In this document: positions 55,814 through 64,000 of the stretch, piece after piece
How positions within the stretch are numbered: the stretch's first letter is position 1
How the letters are laid out: each line of letters opens with the position of its first letter
DNA from: Candidatus Margulisiibacteriota bacterium
GTDB lineage: Bacteria > Margulisbacteria > WOR-1 > O2-12-FULL-45-9 > XYB2-FULL-48-7
Length of the DNA stretch: 64,000 nucleotides
Reading direction: 5' to 3'
NCBI GenBank assembly: GCA_018822365.1
Contig: JAHJKL010000070.1
Location: 1,941-65,940, forward strand
The notes under the pieces: model-generated
The model's database searches: none
The model's input: only the letters and a program-made list of their open reading frames with translations
What the model was told of the DNA's origin: nothing
Program-made: the position numbers and the translations under genes

Positions 55814-56938
55814 CTACATTTTTGGCAAATATTTCGCCGGGTTGACCGGTCTTCCATTTTTACGCACTTCAAAATGCAAATGCGGGCCGGTTGAATAACC
55901 GGTGCTCCCTTCCAGCCCGATCGTTTGTCCCTGTATTATTTTTGATCCGACGGTCGCGTAGATCCTGGACATGTGGGCATAGACCGTGGACATCCCTCGC
56001 CCATGATCAATAACAACTGCTTTGCCGTATCCGTCCCACCAGCCGGCAAAGATGATCTCTCCGGAATCGGCCGCAACTATCGGCGATCCGTATTTATCCG
56101 CGATATCGATCCCAGTGTGTCTTCCCTGGATCCTATGCCTGACACCGAATCTAAGAGTGATCCTGCCTTTTAACGGCCAGATAAATTTCCCTGTGCTCGT
56201 GACCTCAACCCCGGACCTCTCAGCCACTTTCTTCTGGATCAAGACCTCGAGTTCCCTGGAGCTTTGCTCCAGCTCGGCAACCTTCTTTTCGTAACCCTTT
56301 TCTCGTTCCTTTAGTTCGCTGGCTATCTTCTTTTTTTCTTCCAGCTGCTGCGCGATCTTGTCTTTTTCGCCCGCAACTACCACCACCAGGCTTTTTATCT
56401 CCTTGGTCCGGTCCTGAAGGATCGATCTCTTTGACTTGGAGGCTGACAAATAATTCTTTGTCTTTTTGATCAGGGTCGCATCGCTCTCGATCACCCGCTG
56501 AAAATAATAGAACCGGTTCAGAAAATCAGACATTGACCTTGAGCCCAAAAACAGATCAAGATAATTTATCCGTCCATTGACGTAAGCTTCTCGAACTCTT
56601 TTCCTCAATATATCGGCTGATTTGCCGATCTCACTCTCTGCCTTGCGCAGTTCAACCGAGAGCTGGCCGATCTCTTTTTCGTTGGTTTGGATCTTTTCCT
56701 TGGCCATGCTGATCTTGCGATTGGCGCTTTTCAGCTGCCGCGTGACTACAACAAGCTTACCCAGGGCCTCTTGTCTTTGCTCCCGGGTCTGCTTTAGTTT
56801 TTCCTTGTTCTCTTCCAGGGCCTGGCGGATCGTCTCCAACTTTGTCTGCTCATCGGGCGGGGCCGCTTCTTCCGCTCTAGCCTGACATGCCAACCCAGCA
56901 ATGAACAGGATAATAATTATCTTGACCAGAAGCTTCAT
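55814..56938 (-). CDS. M23 peptidase with N-terminal coiled coil (EnvC-like)
   Basis: A signal peptide and a long coiled coil are followed by the C-terminal 'HTGIDIA...GYGKAVVIDHGRGMSTVYAH' LytM domain. Confidence 0.8.
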   Translation of the reverse strand: MKLLVKIIIILFIAGLACQARAEEAAPPDEQTKLETIRQALEENKEKLKQTREQRQEALGKLVVVTRQLKSANRKISMAKEKIQTNEKEIGQLSVELRKAESEIGKSADILRKRVREAYVNGRINYLDLFLGSRSMSDFLNRFYYFQRVIESDATLIKKTKNYLSASKSKRSILQDRTKEIKSLVVVVAGEKDKIAQQLEEKKKIASELKEREKGYEKKVAELEQSSRELEVLIQKKVAERSGVEVTSTGKFIWPLKGRITLRFGVRHRIQGRHTGIDIADKYGSPIVAADSGEIIFAGWWDGYGKAVVIDHGRGMSTVYAHMSRIYATVGSKIIQGQTIGLEGSTGYSTGPHLHFEVRKNGRPVNPAKYLPKM

Positions 56939-56978
56939 GAACTATAAATACTATCACAATTGAACAGCTCTCTCAAGA

Positions 56979-58241
56979 TTAGCGAAAAAGCCCCCGGGCC
57001 CTCTTTAATCGATGGTATTTTACCGCGAAACGGTGGGCCTCGTCGCGGACCCTTTGCAGCAGCTGCAACGCGGCTGACTCCCGCCCTAATTCAAGCGGTT
57101 TCCCTTGGTCCGGTAAAATTATTCTTTCCTCTTTTTTAGCCAAACCGATCATCGGAACCCCCTCCCCAGCCGTCCCTTTTATCCCGGCTAATGCTCCTCC
57201 CAGCTGCGGCAGACCACCATCGATCAGGATCAAGTCGGGGAGCGGCAGCTGCCTTGATAGTCCTCCGCCGTAGCGCCTTTTAACAACTTCGTTCATTGAG
57301 CGGACATCGTTCGGCTCCCCTTTGACCGAGCGTATCATAAATCTACGGTAATGCGGCTTGAACGGCGATCCGTCGGTAAAAACGACCATTGATGCCACAA
57401 TATATGACCCGGAAGTATTGGAAATATCGAACGCCTCTATCCTGGACGGCAAAGTCGGCAAACCCAGCGCATCCCGCAGTTTAATTAACGCTTTGGGCTC
57501 TTCCGGCCCGGTGCTTTCCGGCTGTTTTCTTTTTTCAACTATCTTTGTCAAATAACTGATCCGGTCGCGCAAGCTTGCGGCTGTTTCGAATTCCTTTGCT
57601 CCGGAGGCTTTCTCCATTTCCAGCCGCAACTTGCCGATAAGCCTGCTTAATTTCCCCTTTAATAGCTCTTTAATGCTGGTAACGATTGAACGATATTCCG
57701 CCTGGCTGATCCTGTCAATGCAAGGGCCGGGACAAACACCTATCCTAAAGTACAGGCAGGGTTGAGGCTTTTTTTTCAGAGGAGAATCCTTGCACCAGCG
57801 AAAAGGAAATATTTTTTTTATCATCCTTAACAGCTCTTTAGCCATAACCCCGGTGTATGGGCCGAAGTAAAGGGCGCCGTCTCTTTGCTTGCGGCGCGCC
57901 ATTATAAGCCGCGGCCACTCTTCTTTTACGGTAAGCTTGAGATATGGATATGATTTGTCGTCTTTTAAGTTGATGTTGTACCTGGGGCGGTACTTTTTAA
58001 CAAACTGGTCCTCGAGCAGCAAGGCATCCATCTCCGACCCGGTGATCTGGTAGTCCAGGTCGCAAGCCCTGCGCAGCAAAAGGTTTGTCTTAATATCTGG
58101 CTCGCGGTTAAAATAGGAAAGTACGCGTCGTTTCAGCGCTTTTGCTTTGCCGACATAAATGATCGAGCCTGTCCGATCCTTGAAGATATATACCCCGGGG
58201 GAATTCGGCAGCTGCGAAGCTTTTTCCCGGAGAGAAGGCAT
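56979..58241 (-). CDS. uvrC: Excinuclease ABC subunit C, short form lacking the C-terminal (HhH)2
   Basis: The GIY-YIG start 'PGVYIFKDRTGSIIYVGKAKALKRR' is present, then the UvrB-interaction and RNase H-like endonuclease regions. It ends before the HhH domain (420 aa). Confidence 0.75.
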   Translation of the reverse strand: MPSLREKASQLPNSPGVYIFKDRTGSIIYVGKAKALKRRVLSYFNREPDIKTNLLLRRACDLDYQITGSEMDALLLEDQFVKKYRPRYNINLKDDKSYPYLKLTVKEEWPRLIMARRKQRDGALYFGPYTGVMAKELLRMIKKIFPFRWCKDSPLKKKPQPCLYFRIGVCPGPCIDRISQAEYRSIVTSIKELLKGKLSRLIGKLRLEMEKASGAKEFETAASLRDRISYLTKIVEKRKQPESTGPEEPKALIKLRDALGLPTLPSRIEAFDISNTSGSYIVASMVVFTDGSPFKPHYRRFMIRSVKGEPNDVRSMNEVVKRRYGGGLSRQLPLPDLILIDGGLPQLGGALAGIKGTAGEGVPMIGLAKKEERIILPDQGKPLELGRESAALQLLQRVRDEAHRFAVKYHRLKRARGLFR

Positions 58242-58247
58242 CTCCCG

Positions 58248-58673
58248 TTACTTGGCGGCGACGATTACTTTCGGCGCGGCTACAATGTCGTGAAACAGCT
58301 TGATCTTAACCTGGTATTCACCGATCATTTTGATCGGGGCGGCCAATTCTATTTTTCTCTTGTCAATTTCATGGCCAGCCGTTTTCTTGATCTCTTCCGC
58401 GATATCGGCGGTAGTAATCGTTCCGAAAAGCCGGCCTTCTTCTCCCGCGTTCGCGCTCAGGTTAACCTCAAGGGCTGTCAATTGTGCCGCTAATTCCTGC
58501 AACTCGGCCCTGCGCTTATCCAGCTTCCCTTTTCGCTTTTCCCGCCTTTTTCCGGCAGCGATCACCGCTGCAGGAGTGGCCAGTATGGCCAGTTTGTTTG
58601 GTATCAAATAATTACGGGCATAGCCGTTGGAAACCTCTTCGATCCTGTCGTCTTCAACAAAGATTACTTTCAT
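58248..58673 (-). CDS. rplI: 50S ribosomal protein L9
   Basis: 'MKVIFVEDDRIEEVSNGYARNYLIP' matches L9. Confidence 0.85.
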   Translation of the reverse strand: MKVIFVEDDRIEEVSNGYARNYLIPNKLAILATPAAVIAAGKRREKRKGKLDKRRAELQELAAQLTALEVNLSANAGEEGRLFGTITTADIAEEIKKTAGHEIDKRKIELAAPIKMIGEYQVKIKLFHDIVAAPKVIVAAK

Positions 58674-58674
58674 A

Positions 58675-58929
58675 TTAATCCACCATATACGGCACTAAGC
58701 CGACCTCTCTTGACCTTTTAACCGCTTTTGCTACCATCCGCTGATGCAGGGCGCAGCAACCGCTGAGCCGCCGCGGAGCGATCTTGCCGCGATCGGTCAT
58801 AAACCGCCTGACAAAAGCCACGTCTTTAAAGTCTATCTTTTTGTCGTCTATGCAAAAAATGCACGGCTTGCGCTTCCTTTTTTTAAATTGTGATGGTTTC
58901 CCTTTCCGTTCTCTTTCCTTGCCTTCCAT
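58675..58929 (-). CDS. rpsR: 30S ribosomal protein S18
   Basis: 'IDFKDVAFVRRFMTDRGKIAPRRLSG' matches S18. Confidence 0.9.
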   Translation of the reverse strand: MEGKERERKGKPSQFKKRKRKPCIFCIDDKKIDFKDVAFVRRFMTDRGKIAPRRLSGCCALHQRMVAKAVKRSREVGLVPYMVD

Positions 58930-58942
58930 TATTCACCTCTCC

Positions 58943-59356
58943 TTAAAATGGGGCCTCTTCAGTATCGATTTTTTCCGGCCCGGCTTCGCTCGCTACCGGC
59001 GCCTCAGCCGTGTCACCCTTTCTTCCCAGCATCTGCATATTGTCGGCCACAACCTCCGACATGGTTTTCTTTTGGCCGTCCTTTCCAACATAACCTCTGA
59101 TCTGCAGGCGCCCTTCGATCGCGACCGGACGCCCTTTTTTCAAAAATTCACCGCATACTTCAGCCAGCCTTCGCCAGGCAACGATATTGATAAAATCAAC
59201 ATCCTGTCCGCTCTTGCCGCCGTCTCCACCGTCGGCATCGCTTTTTTTGATCCGATTGACCGCAATGGTGAACCGGGCGACCGCTATCCCGCTTGGGGTG
59301 TAGCGCAATTCCGGGTCTCTGGTCAGGTTGCCGATCAAAAATGCTTTGTTATACAT
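58943..59356 (-). CDS. ssb: Single-stranded DNA-binding protein
   Basis: The start 'MYNKAFLIGNLTRDPELRYTPSG' is at 59356. An OB fold is present, and the acidic tip ends ...EEAPF. Confidence 0.85.
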   Translation of the reverse strand: MYNKAFLIGNLTRDPELRYTPSGIAVARFTIAVNRIKKSDADGGDGGKSGQDVDFINIVAWRRLAEVCGEFLKKGRPVAIEGRLQIRGYVGKDGQKKTMSEVVADNMQMLGRKGDTAEAPVASEAGPEKIDTEEAPF

Positions 59357-59357
59357 G

Positions 59358-59762
59358 TTAAAAAGGAAGGTCCTCCGCCGCTTCGAGGTCCGCCATTTCT
59401 GCGTCGCCAACGGCAGCAACCGCCTCTTCTTTCCTTGTCTTGGCGGCCTGACCTTTGTCAAGAGGAACAATGCTCCTGGCGACAACTTCCGTAACCCATT
59501 GGCGCTGACCGTTCTGACCGTCAAATGAACGGTTTTGGATCCGCCCTTCAACTAAAACCATTAACCCTTTTTTTAAACGGTCCTTGCTCTCCTCCGCTAA
59601 TTTGCGCCAGGCAACCACATCGATGTAATCAACCGCGTTCTCGCCAAAAGAGCGCTCGACTTCCAGTCTGAACTTAGCGACCGGCAGGCCATTTACTGTT
59701 ATTCTGCTGTCCAGTTCTTCAACAAGGCGGCCAACCAGTATTATTCGATTAAGATTCGCCAA
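59358..59762 (-). CDS. Second SSB-family paralogue
   Basis: 'NRIILVGRLVEELDSRITVNGLPVAKFRLEV...VAWRKLAE' matches the SSB fold, and the acidic tip ends ...EDLPF. It lies directly upstream of ssb. Confidence 0.7.
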   Translation of the reverse strand: MANLNRIILVGRLVEELDSRITVNGLPVAKFRLEVERSFGENAVDYIDVVAWRKLAEESKDRLKKGLMVLVEGRIQNRSFDGQNGQRQWVTEVVARSIVPLDKGQAAKTRKEEAVAAVGDAEMADLEAAEDLPF

Positions 59763-60141
59763 CCGCTTCCCCTTTTATTTCACCAACATTGACCGCCTCA
59801 AGCGGAGTCCCGATTATCTCTTTTTTCTCTACAGGAGCTTCTGTTTGGACAAAAGCGTTGGTTAAAAAATACCTCGTAACGTTTTCGGTCACTTTTAAGA
59901 GGGCCTTTACCTCGGCCGGCAGATTTGCCGGTCCCTTTAGCCTTACCAAAACATAAAAGCCGTTTGCCTGTCTTTTGGCCTTTTTAAACACCGAATTAAG
60001 CCGCCTTACTCCCCATTTTTCAACACTGTCAATCTCACCCTTTAAAGATTTGATTTTATCGCTGATTTTATCGATAATTAGCCCGATTTTCTCTTCTCCG
60101 AGTATCGGGTCCATGATCATGATCAATTCATATGCTTTCAA
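59749..60141 (-). CDS. rpsF: 30S ribosomal protein S6 (TTG start)
   Basis: 'MKAYELIMIMDP' has a TTG start preceded by RBS GGAGG. Confidence 0.85.
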   Translation of the reverse strand: MKAYELIMIMDPILGEEKIGLIIDKISDKIKSLKGEIDSVEKWGVRRLNSVFKKAKRQANGFYVLVRLKGPANLPAEVKALLKVTENVTRYFLTNAFVQTEAPVEKKEIIGTPLEAVNVGEIKGEAVGES

Positions 60142-60189
60142 TGAAATAACCTCCGTTTTTTAATATTATTTTTTTCTTAATGAGTAATT

Positions 60190-60218
60190 ATTGTAGCATA
60201 ATTAAAGGAAATAAGCAA
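60190..60218 (-). promoter_or_regulatory. Candidate promoter of the rpsF-ssb'-ssb-rpsR-rplI operon
   Basis: On the minus strand, -35 TTGCTT, a 17-nt spacer, then extended -10 TGcTACAAT. Confidence 0.35.
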
Positions 60219-60222
60219 TCTG

Positions 60223-61314
60223 TTAAACGTTGAACCTGATGACTATAATATCTCCATCTTCGACTATATACTCCTTCCCTTCGGTCTTTAAAACCCCTTT
60301 TTCCCTCGCTTTGGGATAAGAGCCGCAATCGATCATTTCCTGATATCGGATAACTTCGGCCGCAATAAAGCCTCTCTCCATGTCTGAGTGGATCTTCCCG
60401 GCCGCCTGAGGGGCTTTTGCCCCTTTTTGGATCGTCCAGGCATGCGTCTCTTTCTCTCCAGCTGTAAAAAAAGTGATCAAATTCAACAGTTCATAGCTTG
60501 ACCGGATCAACTGGGCAAGGGCCGACTCTTTGATCCCCATTCCTTCCATCAGGCTTAATGCTTCCTCAACCGGGAGCTCGGCAATTTCAGCCTCAAGCTT
60601 TGAGCAGATGGTGACAACTTTTGCTCCCTGTTCCCTGGCAATACCTTGAATCTGCTTGATCTGCTCCGGGCTCCCGTCTTCATCAACATTAGCAACATAT
60701 AACACCGGCTTCAGCGTGATCAGAGAAAACTCTCGCAGTAGTTTTAGGTCGTCCGAACTCATGGAAGAAACAAGCGATCTTGCCGGCTGGCCTTTGTCTA
60801 AAAGCTCTTTTATCTTTTCGAGCAGATGAAGCGTCCTTAAGATATCCTTATCCCCGCTCTTGATCGCTTTCCTGATCGATTCAAATCGCTTTTCAATGGT
60901 TGCCAGATCGGCTAAGATCAGTTCTGCCTCAATAATTTCGATGTCACGGCGCGGATCGACCGCTCCCTCAACGTGGACAACATCTTCGGCGGAAAAACAA
61001 CGGACAACATGGGCAATAGCATCAACCTCGCGAATATGGGCCAGGAATTTATTTCCTAACCCTTCTCCCTTGTGGGCCCCTTTGACCAGACCGGCAATAT
61101 CATAAAATTCAATGATCGCCGGGACAACCTTTTTAGAGCTGAAAAGCTTGACCAAAGCTTCAATTCTTGGGTCAGGGACTTCCACGACCCCGATGTTCGG
61201 ATCGATCGTACAAAATGGGTAATTAGATGCCTGCGCCTTTGCTCTGGACAAGGCATTAAAAAGCGTTGACTTCCCAACATTAGGGAGGCCAACGATCCCG
61301 ATCGATAGCCCCAT
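60223..61314 (-). CDS. ychF: Ribosome-binding ATPase YchF
   Basis: The motifs 'GIVGLPNVGKSTLFNAL', 'NYPFCTIDPNIG' and a TGS-like C-terminus are present. Confidence 0.9.
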   Translation of the reverse strand: MGLSIGIVGLPNVGKSTLFNALSRAKAQASNYPFCTIDPNIGVVEVPDPRIEALVKLFSSKKVVPAIIEFYDIAGLVKGAHKGEGLGNKFLAHIREVDAIAHVVRCFSAEDVVHVEGAVDPRRDIEIIEAELILADLATIEKRFESIRKAIKSGDKDILRTLHLLEKIKELLDKGQPARSLVSSMSSDDLKLLREFSLITLKPVLYVANVDEDGSPEQIKQIQGIAREQGAKVVTICSKLEAEIAELPVEEALSLMEGMGIKESALAQLIRSSYELLNLITFFTAGEKETHAWTIQKGAKAPQAAGKIHSDMERGFIAAEVIRYQEMIDCGSYPKAREKGVLKTEGKEYIVEDGDIIVIRFNV

Positions 61315-62519
61315 TATTTTTTAACCAATGTCAGGGCTTTTTTCTTCAGCTCCGCCGCTTTATCGGTCTTTTCCCACGGCAGATCCAGATCGTTGCGGCC
61401 AAAATGACCGTAAGCGGCCACCTGTTTGTAGATCGGCCGGCGCAGATCAAGATTTTTAATGATCAATCCCGGCCGCAGATCAAACACTTCATCAATGATT
61501 TTAGCGATCTCGCTGTCCGGGATTTTTCCTGTTCCAAATGTATCTACCATGATCGAAAGCGGATGAGCGATCCCGATCGCGTAGGCAAGCTGAACCTCGC
61601 AGCGCTTCGCTAGTTCTGCCGCAACAACATTCTTGGCGACCCAGCGGGCGGCATACGCGCCTGACCGATCGACTTTTGTCGGATCTTTGCCGCTAAATGC
61701 TCCGCCGCCGTGGCGCGAGTAGCCCCCATAAGTATCAACAATGATCTTTCGCCCGGTAACCCCGGAGTCTCCCTGCGGCCCACCGATCACAAAGCGCCCG
61801 GTTGGATTGACGTAATACTTGGTATCCTTGTCTACCATTTCCTTAGGCAAAACCTTGGCAACGACCTTTTCCAAAACATCTTTTTCCAGTTTTTTAGGAT
61901 CGATCTCGGGAGAATGCTGGGCGGCGACCAGCACGGTGTGGATCCTGACCGGCCGGTCATTTTTGTACTCGATCGTCACCTGGGATTTCCCGTCAGGGCG
62001 CAAGTAGGGCATCTCGCCGTTCTTGCGGACTTCGGCAAGCCTTTTGCTTAGCTTATGGGCCAAAACGATCGGCATCGGCATCAACTCGGCTGTTTCGTCA
62101 CAGGCAAAACCGAACATTAACCCCTGGTCGCCTGCGCCGATCGACTCCAGGTCTTCTTTGACCACTTCGCCCCCTCTGATCTCTAACGCGGTGTCAACCC
62201 CACGGGCGATATCCTTGCTCTGCTCCTTTAGGGAAACCAGCACGCCTGAGGTTTCCCAGTCAAAGCCATATTTTGCGTCGGTATAGCCGATCTCTTTTAT
62301 GGTCTCCCTAACAATTTGCGGGATCTCAACGTAACAGCCGGTGGTCACTTCGCCGGCAACAACACAAAGACCGTTGGTCACCAGGGTCTCAACCGCAACC
62401 CGGCCGACCGGGTCTTTGGCCAAGATCGCATCCAGGATCGCGTCAGAAATTTGATCGCATACCTTGTCTGGGTGCCCCTCGGTCACTGATTCTGAAGTAA
62501 ACAAATAGTTTTTATCCAT
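61314..62519 (-). CDS. metK: S-adenosylmethionine synthetase
   Basis: It contains '[25 protein letters not shown]' and '[16 protein letters not shown]'. Confidence 0.9.
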   Translation of the reverse strand: MDKNYLFTSESVTEGHPDKVCDQISDAILDAILAKDPVGRVAVETLVTNGLCVVAGEVTTGCYVEIPQIVRETIKEIGYTDAKYGFDWETSGVLVSLKEQSKDIARGVDTALEIRGGEVVKEDLESIGAGDQGLMFGFACDETAELMPMPIVLAHKLSKRLAEVRKNGEMPYLRPDGKSQVTIEYKNDRPVRIHTVLVAAQHSPEIDPKKLEKDVLEKVVAKVLPKEMVDKDTKYYVNPTGRFVIGGPQGDSGVTGRKIIVDTYGGYSRHGGGAFSGKDPTKVDRSGAYAARWVAKNVVAAELAKRCEVQLAYAIGIAHPLSIMVDTFGTGKIPDSEIAKIIDEVFDLRPGLIIKNLDLRRPIYKQVAAYGHFGRNDLDLPWEKTDKAAELKKKALTLVKK

Positions 62520-62562
62520 GGCGTATCCTCCCTAATGTATATGAATCTGCGACTGGAATGTC

Positions 62563-62593
62563 AGTCTACAATACTAATAAATGGACTGTCAAG
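62563..62593 (-). promoter_or_regulatory. Candidate metK promoter (short leader, no room for a SAM riboswitch)
   Basis: On the minus strand, -35 TTGACA, an 18-nt spacer, -10 TAGACT. The leader is about 35 nt and carries RBS GGGAGGA. Confidence 0.3.
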
Positions 62594-62606
62594 CTTACGC
62601 GGTCGT

Positions 62607-63803
62607 TTAATTGCTGGTCAGCGCCTGCTCCAGGACCAAGGCTTCCGTTGAGGCGATCCTTTTGATCGAATTAACAAAGGCGGCTATTCCTACTTTATCG
62701 TTCTCTGTTAAGCCTTCTTTTTCGGCCGCGATCCTGATCCTGGGAAGCATGGCTTCGGCTTTTATGGAGACATTTTTAAGCTGGCTCCGCTCCGTTAATA
62801 TCTTTTCCAACCAGACATTCCCCGGATCGTTTGGCTGTTCATACATGATTTTCATCGCCTCTTCCGCTTCATCGCGGCAACTTTCAGCCGCTAAGAATAA
62901 TGCTTTGCCAAACCCATCGTCATTCGCGGTTAAAATCTGTTTAACATTATTTCTGGCAAATATTTCTTTCCAGGTTGCGTCCGTCCCTTTTATGGTTTTT
63001 TCTCCCCATTTCCCCCAATTATAGGCTTCATAAACAGCTCCGCCCGGAACCAACAATGGGGTTGCCAGAAAGTCCAGCCCGGCAATCTCCAAAAACTGGT
63101 ACCCGTTCCCGGCCGCATATTCCTGCTGGGTGCTAAAGCCAAAGAGCATTTTAAGCGTCTCTTCGGTTTGCTTTCTTGCCTTGTCTAGGTCGGTTGTTCC
63201 TGAGCTATCGCTTCCCGGCCAAATTTCCCCTAACGTTCGCAGAAGAAGCCCTCTTTCCAGACGACCGGCGATCCACCTCGCAGCCGATAGTTTTATTTGT
63301 TGATTGCGCGGGTTTGCTTCCGGCAATGAGCCTGCGGCATAAAAGCTGCCGGATTCGGTTTTTTCCTTGGACCGGCTCTTCCCGGCCAAAAAACATGAAT
63401 AGCGGGCTACCGCCTTGGTTTGTTCAGTTATTATTGCCCAAGTGCCGGACTCATGGTATTTTTTCCAGGGGGAATCGTCGCCAACAATGATCTTTTCTTC
63501 ACCAACCGGCAGGAACTTCCAGTCGGTAAAATTATAGGCCATTAAATTGGCGGTTGCCTGCAATGGGAAACCTGCGGTCCGGGAGCCGTCCTTTATCTCC
63601 CAGTCGACTTCGAACGCTTTCCCGGCCGGCAGGGCAACGACATTCAAGGGAATAAATGGAAAAGAAAGCCCCACCTCCACCTCTGTTTCGCTGGGCGAAA
63701 ACATCAATGACTTTATTCCGCCTAATTTAATGCCATTTGAGTCGGCCAATGTAACCGTGGAAAACATCGACAAGAGGCAAACAAGAACCAATGCATTTTT
63801 CAT
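62607..63803 (-). CDS. Secreted hypothetical protein (about 398 aa)
   Basis: The ATG at 63803 gives the signal peptide 'MKNALVLVCLLSMFSTVTLA'. There is no recognisable domain. An extended -10 TGtATAAT lies immediately upstream. Confidence 0.5.
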   Translation of the reverse strand: MKNALVLVCLLSMFSTVTLADSNGIKLGGIKSLMFSPSETEVEVGLSFPFIPLNVVALPAGKAFEVDWEIKDGSRTAGFPLQATANLMAYNFTDWKFLPVGEEKIIVGDDSPWKKYHESGTWAIITEQTKAVARYSCFLAGKSRSKEKTESGSFYAAGSLPEANPRNQQIKLSAARWIAGRLERGLLLRTLGEIWPGSDSSGTTDLDKARKQTEETLKMLFGFSTQQEYAAGNGYQFLEIAGLDFLATPLLVPGGAVYEAYNWGKWGEKTIKGTDATWKEIFARNNVKQILTANDDGFGKALFLAAESCRDEAEEAMKIMYEQPNDPGNVWLEKILTERSQLKNVSIKAEAMLPRIRIAAEKEGLTENDKVGIAAFVNSIKRIASTEALVLEQALTSN

Positions 63804-63895
63804 ATTAATGAAATTATACACCTCCTGGCTTTTGACTCAAGTCAAAGACTGGCCGCTTCTTATGAAGTATCTTTTCTAAACAAGGAGGATTACAC

Positions 63896-64000
63896 ATGGC
63901 AACAAGAGAGATAATTGAGATCGACCGAACATTATGTAATGGTTGCGGGCTTTGTACATCAGCCTGCGCGGAAGGGGCGCTAAAAATTGACCAGGAAGGT
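63896..64000 (+). CDS. 4Fe-4S ferredoxin-domain protein, N-terminal fragment (runs off the window end)
   Basis: A strong RBS AAGGAGGA is followed by '[31 protein letters not shown]', which has a CxxCxxCxxxC motif. Confidence 0.5.
   Translation, partial: MATREIIEIDRTLCNGCGLCTSACAEGALKIDQEG

Noticed and set aside
62520-62606. SAM riboswitch upstream of metK
   Set aside because: Only about 35 nt of leader is available between the predicted promoter and the ATG, which is too short for an S-box or SAM-II element.
1-64000. CRISPR arrays, tRNA/rRNA genes, transposases or integrases
   Set aside because: No regularly spaced direct repeats were seen outside coding tandem repeats, and no intergenic gap exceeds 230 bp. 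No ORF shows DDE, tyrosine- or serine-recombinase motifs. The dxr-thrS insertion has no associated recombinase.

Overview
This is a 64-kb chromosomal segment (GC about 52%) from a bacterium that I could not assign to a known species. Gene content and pseudopilin genes suggest an uncultivated, probably diderm lineage. It is almost entirely coding, with about 75 protein genes on both strands. I recognised no rRNA, tRNA, CRISPR array, transposase or integrase.

Main blocks, in order:
- **1-3.8 kb (minus):** a four-gene Fe-S/FAD/molybdopterin oxidoreductase operon.
- **3.9-11.7 kb (plus):** a glycan-phosphorolysis cluster made of a DUF192 gene, a 1032-aa GH94-clan-like protein, a GH42-like gene and a GH94 phosphorylase.
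- **11.8-18.6 kb:** an accessory block of secreted and envelope proteins. It includes a protein with a FlgD-Ig/T9SS-type C-terminal domain, an 'INYQG'-motif protein, and a tightly coupled operon of lipoprotein, coiled-coil/Gly-rich protein, membrane Hanks-type Ser/Thr kinase and an acidic 8-aa tandem-repeat protein. A protein with an exported beta-helix (bactofilin-like) domain fused to a membrane domain follows.
- **18.8-26.1 kb (minus):** yifB-yraN-hup-rnhB-lepB-rplS-(SPOUT)-trmD-ylqD-KH-rpsP, then aroC.
- **26.2-33.2 kb (plus):** a PAS-only membrane sensor and two small coupled ORFs fused to ilvD-ilvB-ilvN-ilvC.
- **33.2-39.1 kb:** hybrid histidine kinase, YgjP-like peptidase, ppiB, a small exporter, dxr, then an inserted LRR gene and an atypical kinase-like gene.
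- **39.1-42.4 kb (plus):** thrS-infC-rpmI-rplT-DUF151.
- **42.4-59.8 kb (mostly minus):** four minor pseudopilins, panC, topA, mutL, aroA, a PHP protein, hisD, mannose-pathway genes, ctpA, an M23 peptidase, uvrC, then rplI-rpsR-ssb-ssb'-rpsF.
- **60.2-64.0 kb:** ychF, metK, a secreted hypothetical and the start of a ferredoxin.

The most noteworthy observations are:
- **dxr-thrS junction:** repeated junction sequence flanks the inserted LRR and kinase-like genes, including a 12-codon remnant of the dxr 3' end.
- **Kinase-centred envelope operon** at 13.3-17.7 kb.
- **Unusual oxidoreductase** at 0.1-3.8 kb.
- **GH94-related large protein** at 4.4-7.5 kb.
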